Position numbers and translations under genes: made by a program. A DNA stretch of 59,046 nucleotides, filler included. It is 4 parts of 4 records of this genome, joined end to end, with 100 filler letters (N's around TTAATTAATTAA, not from the genome) between each part and the next. Parts side by side here need not be neighbours in the genome. Positions count along the whole stretch, not along the records: positions 43,959 to 52,631 come from SRR20825019_1010; positions 52,732 to 59,046 come from SRR20825019_1017; 2 more parts are not named here. The stretch is one strand, 5' to 3'. The notes beneath the pieces were generated by a model. The model had not been told where the DNA came from. It saw only the letters and a list, made by a program, of their open reading frames with translations, and ran no database searches. This document shows, in pieces, positions 46,165 to 56,809 of this stretch (within the stretch, counting starts at the first letter, position 1; each line of letters opens with the position of its first letter).

Positions 46165-46884
46165 TCCGAACCCGGCGGCCCGAAGAACCCGCCACTGCAA
46201 CCGCCCGCCGGGCCGGGCGCCGCCGGCCGGCCGGCGGTATCTTGTTTAGTTTGCCTGTGTAGTATTCAATCAAATTGCGGATGGTATCGAGCGACCCAGA
46301 CGACTGGACGGATCACTGATCAATCGGACATGCCTGGCCCGGTACTAGCCGTGAGCCGGAGCCGTCAGGCAATCCGATCAGCGTCCGGTCGGTTCCGAGT
46401 GCGTTCCAGAGTGAGGAATGGCGAAACCGAAAACCGGAATCGGAAGGGGCTCGAAACTGCCGCGGCGGGGCTCGGCGGGACTCCGGACCGTGACGGACCC
46501 CAAAGGCGACCGCCACCACCACTCACTGTCCGGTCCAGTGCCCTGAGGTAGCGAGGCCGAGGCGCCCCCGCGCCCCGGGCGGCCCGGCGCCGGCTTCCGG
46601 TCATCGCTGGCTTCTGCCGTGACCCGGTCGGCCCCGGGGCCTCGGCGCGCCGCGGTCTATGACTGAAGCCGCGGGTCGGAACACCGGGGTACGGCCCCAG
46701 TGCCATCGACTCCCCTCCATGGAGTGTCCGCAGTTACAATGTGCGGTACTGTGACGTTCCCGAAGATTGAACTTTCACCTCCGGCTCGGTCCGACTATTG
46801 CAGGTTACTGCTCCACAGAAATCACCATAACTATATGAGTGTCCTTTCCCGTCACACAGTTGTAGAAATTACTTTTTCTTAGAG

Positions 46885-49684
46885 ATGACCCATACTGCTG
46901 AAGCCCGGCGTAAGGCACTGTTAGAAGCAAAGAGAAGGGGGCGCGCCAAGCTTGAGAATGTGGATGGCAGTGATAGCGTGGTTGTGACTGGTGTGCGCCC
47001 AACACCATGCCGCCTGAACAAAGACCTTCGCGTGCTCTGTGGAGACACGCATGCTCCGGTGATGGTGTCGTCAGTGGCGCTGACAGGGCTAAGCACTGTA
47101 GTGAGACGAATGCTTTATTCGGGAGAGGACTGTGAGAAGACTCTTTCATTCAAAGAAGGGAAAGAAAAGGAATTATTTCTTGATCTTGACGATGCTATTG
47201 TAAGCCAAGTGGCCCAGTTTGTAGAGGAATACTACCTGGGTAATACCGCATGGGTAGAGGAATACAGACGCTCCAGTGGTGACGGAGCGGGAAGTAAGTC
47301 TGACGATGTGTGGCCACGAGTGTGCTTCCAGGTGAGTCCGCAAATAGTACCTGTGAGGAAGGGCTGATTCCGCTTAGTATTCGTTGGATCCATCGATGGT
47401 GTTGGGGATGGCCTATGCCTCTTCATTCCTTCACATCCCTCCATTGATGGACTTGGCTTGTAGGATGCTCGCGCATCATCATGACTGTATTGAAGACATG
47501 TCGGATATCGGGGTATGCAGCATTGTGAGCGGACATGTCGGTGTGAGTGCTGACTAGGTTCAGGATGAGTTGATGATGCAGATCCTTGCACGTCTGGGCA
47601 TGGTTGATCTTTGCACACTGGAGCATCGCGCCGATATCTTGGAGCGAAAGTTGGGTGAGTGGAATTTGCTTTGGTACTAGGAATATACTGACGAAACTGA
47701 GTCATTAGATACGGACTCACTTTGGGAAACGTTTCTTGCGAAAATCACCTTAGATGACGTGGATACAATCGCAGACGACCTCTCGGTACAGGGCTACGCT
47801 TCCAGCGATCTGCATGAAGTAGTCAGGGGCAGTTCCGCGAAAGAACGTTGTCTTAGCCATGAGTTGAAGGTAAAAGTGAAAGTTTGTACTGTCTTTTACA
47901 GCGCATATCTCATTATTGTTTGGGTAGCGTCTTTTAGCTGCAGCTGCGGGGCAGTCGGGTGGCAGCACAGCACACAATGCACTGCGAGAGTTCTTGGGCT
48001 CACCGTGCGTTGGTTTTGTCAGCTCTGTTTCTATCACATCGTCGCTGGGCAACGAGGAGGGTGATCTTTCGGCTTATGATGTCCTCGCCCTATTGAGCAA
48101 GTCCACGTGCCGCGCCATTGTCCTCGAGAATATAACGCCGGTCCCAATCCCCGGATATGATGCACGGTGCCCTGGGGGAGCCCGGATGGATCCCGCTTTG
48201 TTGCAGATGGCTCTAGAGCGAGAAGGGCTCGAAGTTCTGGTTCTAAGGAACGTGTGTCTAGGTATTTGCCCTATTCATGCGTATGCCGCCAGCCCATTTA
48301 TCTCTAACTGGGTGTTCCTATAGCTGATATAGATTGCGAGCAAATCGGTTCATCTTTGCGGTCGGGGCGGTGTCCGGCATTGCGCACCCTTGACTTGAGC
48401 AATAACAGGATATCTGCTGTGGGTGCGATGCGGATATTCAACGGGGTGTACGTTGCTACTCATGGGGATCCTCCACGGGTGCCTGGCTTGGAATCACCCT
48501 CTCCTGTTGGATCCAAACTGAACACGGTGGTGCTCAACAACAACTTCGTTGGAATGTGTCCCCTGAGTTCAGTAGAAGAAGGTATGAATCATGTTTCCAC
48601 GCAGTGGTACACGGGCTGAAGCACCTGCATGTGGTACAGATGACAAGCCCATTGCAGGCCCAGTTGTTCCCACTTCTGATGTTTACAAAACTTCGGAGTA
48701 CGGGCTTCACAGGCTCCTACTTTCTCTTAATAGGACTGCGGTCCGCAATGTTGGATTATCCGACAACTGTATTGTTTCGTATCCCGTACCCAACATATTC
48801 ACCGATGATGCGGAAGACTCATGCTATCCGGATCTGAATCTCGAGCGGCTAGATCTCAGTGAGAATCCCCTGGGAGGACAGCCACCTGCAACTGCTGGGA
48901 TATGGACGAATTATGGGAGCAGGTGGAGGAAGGTGATTCGTCCATCCAGCAGCTCCCCACTAGATATGGGATTTGTACACCTTCAAGTTTCCACATCGCC
49001 CTCTCAAGGGACCCTTTTATCACGTATGCGAAAAATGATTCTTCCCGCAGCACCTTTGTCTGAGCCCTTGCCCACTAGGTCTACCACAATCTCTCACATG
49101 TCTGCGGCTACGGAAATGTTGCTTGAATTCTTCTCATCTTCAAGAAGTGTCCATCAGTGTAGCGCGATGTAGCCGATTGCACTCTCTAGACTTGGGATTG
49201 TACGTAGTCAAATTGTTTTGTGAAGATCAACTATGATGTTTGGCTTACCCGGTCGATGCATGTAGGAACCCTTTGGATAACGAGAGGGGATTCGCTATGA
49301 AGAATCTCGAAGTTCTCGCGTCGCAGTCGCTACGGCACCTGACGATGCGTGACTGCCAGGCGGATAACAATACCGTTGGAGAGATATCCAGGCTCCTTCG
49401 CAACATGCCTGCATTGAGAGTGCTAGATATGTCATCCAAAGATACAGGATATCTCAAGATTCATCAGAATGGACTTATCCGCTTGGCCCAACTGTGTCAT
49501 GTATGAAGCACAATGCTATGCTAGAGGCCTCACAAATTGTATATCTGACCAAGTCGTATATATGTAGAGCGCATCGTTGGAAATGCTCGATGTCTCCGGT
49601 GGGCAGAGGGACCGCAATCCAGAGGTTGAAAGGGATTTGATGTCATCTATTTCGAGGCTCGATGGATTGGCAGTTTACGTGTAG
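46885..49684 (+). CDS. ElonginC/Skp1-like POZ domain + BC-box/ElonginA-LRRC41-like segment + RNI-type LRRs (multi-exon)
   Basis: Spliced sequence LSTVVRRML...FKEGKEKELFLDLDDAIVSQVAQF...FQYSLDPSMVLGMAYASSFLHIPPLMDLACRMLAHHHDCIEDMSDIGDELMMQILARLGMVDLCTLE...LDTDSLWETFL. LRRs LRTLDLSNNRI, LERLDLSENPL, LRVLDMS and LEMLDVSG. Stop at 49682-49684. Confidence 0.7.
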
Positions 49685-50742
49685 AAGTGCTGTGCGACTA
49701 GCGCCTGCCATGCACCTGACGACCATATTCCTGAAGTCATTCCTGCGACTACATGCAGACGTCGCAGCGAGATATCTGAAAATAGTGAAACATATTGATA
49801 GTAACTATCACATTAAATCGGCACAGTCACAACAATTGAAGAGGGAATCCACCGGCCTCTGCATCACGAACGTTTGCTGTACTTTTGAAAGGACGTAATT
49901 TTTCGACACTAAATCAGTTTATGAACCCAAGCCGTGACCATGCAGGAAGACTGGTTTTGGTCTGGTCTCGTGTGGGAGAATGAAAACATATCTATGTGAA
50001 CATCTATTTGGTTTGGTTGTGCAATTAAACGTAACGTTTGAAAGTAGTCGAAGTATTCCTTGGAATTGGGCTTGCTATGTTTTCACACGTAGTGAAGTGG
50101 TCATGTGATAAGGTCATGCATCTACATGATGCAAGCAGATATCAGGCATCATTGCTGCGTTGGGGAGAGGCACGGAAGTTTTTCAATCTTATCCAGCTTT
50201 GAGATGCACTTATGCATTCCGTGTCTGCACAGGCGTCAGCTCCACGTGCCTTCCACGGCATTCCCAAAGCACGCTTTCCAACCAGCGGCATGAAGTGGCC
50301 TCCTGTTCGCTGACGTGCAGGCGTAGATACATTCCAGTAGTCACCGACGGATCCGACCAGGCCTTGTCGGTCTGTGAACATGCTTACTAAGATTCTGTTC
50401 AGATTTCACACAGACTGGAAGAACAATTATCGGTCCATCTCGTTTCTATAAATAAATATATTCCGGACTTAGAAACTCTGATATCTTAACAAATTGGTTT
50501 TCCAATGAAGGGAACTTTCCGGCGGGAGAGGCGCCGTCCATCAGTCAGTGTCACTGAGTGGACGTGTGAGCAGTCTGGGCCCGGCCACGGGTGTGATAGC
50601 CGCGCCGTCCAGCGTCTCGGCCAGCCACCCAGATCAGTCCACTGGCACTGATAAGCGCTGAGCCCGACCTTTTATAATTTAGCTAAGTCCGACGGCTCAC
50701 CAGGCAGCAACTGCTCCAAGTGCTTCCGTTGCGGCAGTTCTA

Positions 50743-51748
50743 ATGCCAATTCCAGAGCACTACAAACATATACTGGTTGCATATTGGAGAAAAATACTCT
50801 ACCGCTGGGACGAGACTAAGCGAGCTTGGAGTGGAAGGAGCGCCCTCAGGCCAGACCTGACTAAAGTAAAGAGCGAAGCAAGAATGAGCAATATGGAAGG
50901 CGACAGGGAGGGGAAGGAAAGCGTTATTCGCTTGGTGTGCATCAGCGACACACACACGCAGCACGAAAAACTCGGGCAGCTTCCAAAGGGCGACATCCTT
51001 GTGCACACCGGAGACTTTGCTAATCGGTAAGTCTATCACGTGCCACAGAATTCGCTGTGGGGGCAGGCGTATTCTGAGTGTTTGGTAGTTGCAGTGGGGT
51101 TGATCAGATACAAGACTTCAACAACTGGCTGGCCACTGTGCCCTTCAAGCATAAGGTGGTCATCGCAGGTAGTCTTTTCTGAGGTTGAAAGCTACAACTA
51201 GCTGATTGACCGTTCCTCTTGCAGGGAACCAGGAATACATATTCAACGAACTGGAGAGAGATGTCATCCAGCGAGACTTGCTGCCCAACTGCACTTATTT
51301 GGAGGACTCAGGCGCAACTATTGAAGGGATTCGGTTTTGGGGTTCACCATGGCAAGGCTCAAGGAATATGGCGTTCAGTGCCGACCGCTCAACTCGCGCG
51401 GAGAAGTGGGCACTTATGCCGTCAGACGGGTCCGTGGATGTACTGCTTACACATATGCCACCGTACCAAATCCTTGATCGTGTTCGAGGAAGCGGGAAAT
51501 CGAACTGGGGTTGCCCAGGTCTGGAGGACCGAGTCCTCAACGCCGTCCGCCCTCCTCTCCATGTTTTCGGGCATGTCCATGATACACAAGAAGGTGGTAT
51601 GAGGGCAGTTCGATCACAGGAGTCCGGCGTGACTTTTGTCAACGCTGCCAGCAAACCCGACGGTGGAGTTGCATGTACACATATGCGACCGCCAGTTGTT
51701 ATTGACTTCAACAGAGCAACGCGGACTGTTCAAGTCGTAACTGCTTAG
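50743..51748 (+). CDS. MPPED/239FB-like calcineurin-like metallophosphoesterase (3 exons)
   Basis: CISDTH, GDILVHTGDF, FNNWL...HKVVIAGNQE, GSPW, LLTHMPP, GC..L and HVFGHVH. Confidence 0.88.
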
Positions 51749-52055
51749 AATTGACACCGAGCACCATATTCTATCTCAATGCAACGCTCCTGTTAATCTA
51801 AGCATACAAGGCCCTTTGTAGGCAAGCACACTTCCTCGGTATTTCCTGCTACAAACAAAAACCTCACATTCACATTCAATAAACTGCCAAGTTTATCTCT
51901 AATATATACAAGCTCATCTGCGCGCTGCAAGACATAAAAGAAAGCAAAATAGCAAAATAGCAAAAAAAAATATTTCCTGGCAAAACTTCCTGTCCAACAG
52001 GGAGTCCACGAACTAGGAAAACACAAGGTGTAGTTAAAATACAGTACGTTCTGAA

Positions 52056-52505
52056 TTATGAAACATAACTGAAGTCCTTCTGTTTCAGTTGCCTGGAAAT
52101 ACAGTCTTCGTTAAACTTAGAAAAGTTTGCGAATTGTTCTGAGAGCAGCTGTTTCAACTTGGCGTCATATTCCTGACGCAAAGCCTCCTCCTGTTCCTTC
52201 AACGCCTTTTGCACAACTTCTTTCACCTCATCTAAAGAAAAGGTCTTCTCATTGACATTCATACTCTTAAGCTTCCTCTGCAACAGATTATTTTCGTCTA
52301 CAGTGCAAGGAGCGGATATCTCCGCAAACTGGCTATCAGACTTGGAAGCCATGGGCATATCTCTGTCCATGGCATCATATGCGTGACGAACACGCTTAAC
52401 AGAAGGAGACCAAAACTGGAACCTACTGGGAGAGCACTGCGGAGACATCCTCATAGAAGATGCTGTTCCCTCATCAAGCGGTCTCTTGGAAGAAAGCTTC
52501 AACAT
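52056..52505 (-). CDS. AKIRIN: Akirin
   Basis: N-terminal KRPLD...SPSVKRVR; C-terminal FSLDEV...ALKEQEEALRQEYDAKLKQLLSEQFANFSKFNEDCISRQ...SYVS. Confidence 0.88.
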   Translation of the reverse strand: MLKLSSKRPLDEGTASSMRMSPQCSPSRFQFWSPSVKRVRHAYDAMDRDMPMASKSDSQFAEISAPCTVDENNLLQRKLKSMNVNEKTFSLDEVKEVVQKALKEQEEALRQEYDAKLKQLLSEQFANFSKFNEDCISRQLKQKDFSYVS

Positions 52506-52600
52506 GGTCACCAAGATGGATTGCAGTTGTCTTCACAGATTATGTTCAGCAAAGCTTCCATATAAAGAGATAGCCATGTTCCCACGCCCACTTTGTTCCT

Positions 52601-52630
52601 TCATCCATCCATCCGTCCATCCATCCATCC
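52601..52630 (+). repeat. (CATC)n microsatellite at the contig end
   Basis: catccatccatccgtccatccatccatcc. Confidence 0.8.
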
Positions 52631-52631
52631 G

Positions 52632-52731
52632 NNNNNNNNNNNNNNNNNNNNNNNNNNNNNNNNNNNNNNNNNNNNTTAATTAATTAANNNNNNNNNNNNN
52701 NNNNNNNNNNNNNNNNNNNNNNNNNNNNNNN
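52632..52731. other. Artificial contig linker N44-TTAATTAATTAA-N44
   Basis: Identical to the other two linkers. Confidence 0.98.
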
Positions 52732-53924
52732 TTTTGTTTGGATGGGACGTCAATCGTCACAAACTTGTGTGCATCGTCGTTATTTCCCGATTCGCATATT
52801 TTACGCCCCTTGATCTCAATATCGAGGTACATAAAGTTATCGTCCTTTGCAAAGTCGGTGAAGGGACCTGTGACGTTGTGGAACCGCCCAGCAAGCACCC
52901 TAACAACCGCATCCGACTCCCCTGATGGCAGTTTAGGGGATGGTGACCAAGGGCAACTCTGGCCCGCTGGTGGCGACCACTCAGACCACACAGTAGGAGA
53001 GGTACCACCTACCAGTGAGGGGTGTGCACCCCTTCCATACTCCACCCTCTGTACACGGTCGATGAAGGTTGTGTGCAAGACAGAAGTAAGGTGAACAGTT
53101 GGGAGGGCCGCAACCGATCTGAACTGGGGACGAGCGGAGTGATGCTGGGAGGGCAGTTGCACCCACATCTGGAACCCATGGAACCCCTCCCACTTAAAGG
53201 GGTGTGGGTCGTGGGGTGTGCAGGTTCCTTCAGTATCGGGTACCTTGGGGGAGGGTGTAGCCTCCAATCCCGTTGCGGCCCGGGTAGTCTCGAGCAGCTC
53301 CCATGCCTCCCGCATCGACCCCACGGGTAGCTCCTCGTGGGCAATACCCCTACCGGCAAACAGCATCTGTGCACCACCCGGGGGTGTCACGGCTATGTTA
53401 CCGCACCCATCCTCGTGGTGTAGCCCACCCTGATGGAAGTGGCGAATCTCCATCATACCCTTGTGGGGGTGGGCAGGGAAGCCCCTCGAGTAGGCTGTCC
53501 TCTCATTGGTGTGATACGCATCGACCACCAAGAATGGGTCCATCTGAGCCCGTAGATTAGGCTGTCGAAGATACTCCCTTGAGTCGTCGGTATCCGGCAA
53601 CAACCCACTCCTCGGCCTGAGAGTGATCACCCTCGACGAGCTGGTAGACTCCAGGTAAAAGGCCTCTGTGGATGGGTTGGGGAGGGGCTGCTCATTACCC
53701 CCAAGGCAACGATACACAGGGACGTCCTGCCCATCTACTGTTGATACACACGACCCAAGCACCTCGTACGGAAGTCGCTCCTGGGACCTGCTGCGGCCAT
53801 TAACATCATAGAAGGGCTGTGTTAGCTTGGGTAGCTGGATTTGGGCAATCTCGAAGTCAGACGGACGTGCCAACCCCACCCACATGAACAACGCCACAAC
53901 AACAAGCCCCAATATACGCGGCAT
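52732..53924 (-). CDS. Pirin-family cupin with a signal peptide, 3'-truncated by the contig end
   Basis: DPFL, GFPAHPHKG, HEDGCGN, AGRGIAHEE, GFQMWVQLP and VRVLAG; N-terminus MPRILGLVVVALFMWVGLA. Confidence 0.85.
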
Positions 53925-54031
53925 CCTATGAAGTGAGAGGGGGGTATGGGGGAAGGTTAATGTTATACAGGTGGAACATCTGGCACAATTTAAAGACAGT
54001 GTGTTGGCGTTAACAATAATACAGGTCTAAA

Positions 54032-56677
54032 CTACAGCAGTAGGTCGGGGTGGTAGTCCCCAGCGGGACGGTCCTTTACCTCTGTGCGGGGGTTACTCCT
54101 ATCCCGCTCCATGGGTGAATGTTGGGCACTCTTATTGGGGATGGAATCGAAGCTATCGGGGCTGCGATCGATGGTGAGCTGGGTATGGCGGGGTGGGGAT
54201 GTGTAGTAGGGGCCCTGGGCTGCATAGGCACGTTGAGTGGGGAGGGCCCTAGGAGATCCTCTCGGCACACTGTGGGACGATCGCCCCTCGGACTCCTCCC
54301 TCAATAGTAATGGTGCATCCCCGTGTTGGAGCATAATGGCAGCAGGGGCCTTTTGTTGGGTCCGTTGGCGGGCACTGTCCTCATCAATCTCGTTGGCACA
54401 GCAGCGGCATACGACGAATACCAACATGATTATGAAGAACACCACAGCAAAGATAAAGAAGATGATGGCAGCTGGCTCGTCAACATCTCCCCCAAAGCTC
54501 AGCCTACTATCGTACTCAGGAGTGCTTGACCCGAAGGAGGGGGCAGAGGTGGTGGTACCTGTCCCGGTAGTTGTGGTTGTAGTGGTGGGGCTGTATGCCT
54601 GAGCAGTAACAGTGAAGGAGAGTGCTGCGGTGGTGCTGGGGTTGATAGCCATTGCCCGGTATTGCCTGTTGCCCTCGGGTCGGAAGGTAGAGGTAAAGAC
54701 TCCATCGTAACAGTACTCGCTTAGCACACACCGGAACGTGTAGACGCCGTTGGAAGCAGCAACCTCAGATGAATTGAGGTAGTATACAGTGGTGGGGGAG
54801 GGGCTGACCAACAGCAGCTGGGAGCCTTCGGCCTGTGCATAGAAGGCCTTACGGACCTGTTCGCCATCACCCATTCCCATTCCTGCAAACTGCCTGGAGG
54901 AGGTAGCAACAGGCATGTTGAATTGGAAGAAAAAGGCGCCCTTGGCAACAATGGAGTAAGATAGGGTCGACTCCTGTGCAAGGGATACAAAGGAGAAGAG
55001 GGTAGAGTTGGAGGTGGCGGTGGTCGAGTTGCTAACAACATCAAAGTAGGTGACAGCGTCAGCCTGAAGACCTGCCGTGGTACAACCGCTCCCAAAATTG
55101 GTTGCGTCAAACGTCATGGTAAGGGTTTGCTTTGCTGCTACGTCGGCGGAGGTAGACAAGGGGAAAGTGGTACGGTTGAGCTCAATCACCACCTCCGCAC
55201 CTACATTACGGAACGGGACACAGAACATAAAACGGTAGTGGTTTTGGGACAGGAGCTCGAGACGTTGAGCAATCTCGTCGAAGGCCTCCGCAATGGTGGA
55301 TGTATCGTTACCCACCGAGGTGGCATATCCTGTGGTGGCAATCGACTCAAGGAGGGCGGTGTCCGACGTATTGGCAATACCAACGGTGAGGACAGCGACC
55401 TCAGACCCCACATCGATGGCCTCGTTGAGGGCACTTTGACGGCTAAGTCGAGATGAGGTATCAAAGCCGTCAGTGAAGAGAATCATCGAGGAGAAGATAT
55501 TGGTGGAGTTGTCGAACAGAGTGCTGGTGGAGGCCGTGTTCTGTCGTAGTTGGAGCTTCATCTTATAGGCCTGCTGCAGACCACTAACTATACCGCCATA
55601 GAGGTTGGTACTTTGTGGGTCGGGGGTAGCTACGGGTAGTCTGTTCAGGGCAGCAAGGACCGTCGACATGTCCGTGGTATGGGTCTGTAGGACATAGGGG
55701 TTAATAGAGCCGTCGATGAGAATGACAGCCACGTAGTTATTATCCCTCGCAACCCTAAGGCCACTGGTCGTGTTGAGGGAGCTCATAAGGCGGGTAACCA
55801 GGGTAATGGCGGCCGCCTTGAGGGTATCCTCGTAGTTAGCCCGCACAGACTGGGACTGATCAAGGACTAGGGTGGTAATCTGGGGACGGGTGGCAGGGGC
55901 GGCGAAATCTTCGGGACTGCCCAGGAAGAGGAAGTCGCTCTCATCCACCAAGGATGGGTCATCGAGTGCTTTCCCCTGGACGGTGATGTTGAAGTAGGTC
56001 CTGTTGAGGGAGGGCACAGGGGTGCCGTGACAATCCGACATGGCAAACTGGGATAGGAAGTTTGCAGGGGATTTGGATACAAATGAAAGACTGGCATTGT
56101 TACTCTCGAGGGACATAGTAACACAGGAGGCATCCACGCATACACCCTCGATGCACGTCTTGGTCGCATCGGAACAGAACTGGGAGCTGGAGCAGAAGTA
56201 GTTACTAACAGGACACGCCGACTTGGAGTAGGTGACAAATGACAGGGTCGTGATTGTCCCCGAGGTGGAGGATGAGACGGGGGTGTCTAGCCGACTGGTG
56301 GTGAGGTCGGTGAGAGTTGAGTCACAGATCACAGTTACCTTGGCCCGCTTGGTACCGTCGGCGGATCCCACAGTGTAGGTAACGTTGTTGGTACCCTCGG
56401 TGATGTCAGCAACGACATTTGGGTAGCTCTGCACACATGCACCCCCAGCCGCTGCTGTGTTGTGAACCGTAATGTACCCGGCCGTACCACAGGCAGTGAG
56501 GGAGGTGGATGATGGCTGGGTAGCCCCGTTACAATAGCCCAGCGTATATGCAGTAGTACCATCGACAAATGTAGTCGATGCCATCTGTTGAAGACTAATT
56601 TTATTTACGCGGCATACATTTGCTGCATCGCCCAACACAGCGATGAGGAGGGAGATAGTGATGGCAGACAGGAGCAT
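54032..56677 (-). CDS. Type I membrane protein: signal peptide, MRH-like domain, vWA (MIDAS) domain, Thr-rich stalk, TM, Pro-rich tail
   Basis: Likely start MLLSAITISLLIAVLGDA at 56677. MIDAS residues in DQSQS, STNLY and FTDG. TM AAIIFFIFAVVFFIIMLVFVV followed by CRCC. Confidence 0.8.
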   Translation of the reverse strand: MLLSAITISLLIAVLGDAANVCRVNKISLQQMASTTFVDGTTAYTLGYCNGATQPSSTSLTACGTAGYITVHNTAAAGGACVQSYPNVVADITEGTNNVTYTVGSADGTKRAKVTVICDSTLTDLTTSRLDTPVSSSTSGTITTLSFVTYSKSACPVSNYFCSSSQFCSDATKTCIEGVCVDASCVTMSLESNNASLSFVSKSPANFLSQFAMSDCHGTPVPSLNRTYFNITVQGKALDDPSLVDESDFLFLGSPEDFAAPATRPQITTLVLDQSQSVRANYEDTLKAAAITLVTRLMSSLNTTSGLRVARDNNYVAVILIDGSINPYVLQTHTTDMSTVLAALNRLPVATPDPQSTNLYGGIVSGLQQAYKMKLQLRQNTASTSTLFDNSTNIFSSMILFTDGFDTSSRLSRQSALNEAIDVGSEVAVLTVGIANTSDTALLESIATTGYATSVGNDTSTIAEAFDEIAQRLELLSQNHYRFMFCVPFRNVGAEVVIELNRTTFPLSTSADVAAKQTLTMTFDATNFGSGCTTAGLQADAVTYFDVVSNSTTATSNSTLFSFVSLAQESTLSYSIVAKGAFFFQFNMPVATSSRQFAGMGMGDGEQVRKAFYAQAEGSQLLLVSPSPTTVYYLNSSEVAASNGVYTFRCVLSEYCYDGVFTSTFRPEGNRQYRAMAINPSTTAALSFTVTAQAYSPTTTTTTTGTGTTTSAPSFGSSTPEYDSRLSFGGDVDEPAAIIFFIFAVVFFIIMLVFVVCRCCANEIDEDSARQRTQQKAPAAIMLQHGDAPLLLREESEGRSSHSVPRGSPRALPTQRAYAAQGPYYTSPPRHTQLTIDRSPDSFDSIPNKSAQHSPMERDRSNPRTEVKDRPAGDYHPDLLL

Positions 56678-56809
56678 TATACTGCGGTCTACTGGTAAGA
56701 GGGAGGGAACACAATAGAACACCACAATGGCATGTAGTACAACATGGACACATACATAATAGAGTGAAATCAAACTAATATTACAGTAGCAACGGCATAC
56801 AGCACAGTA

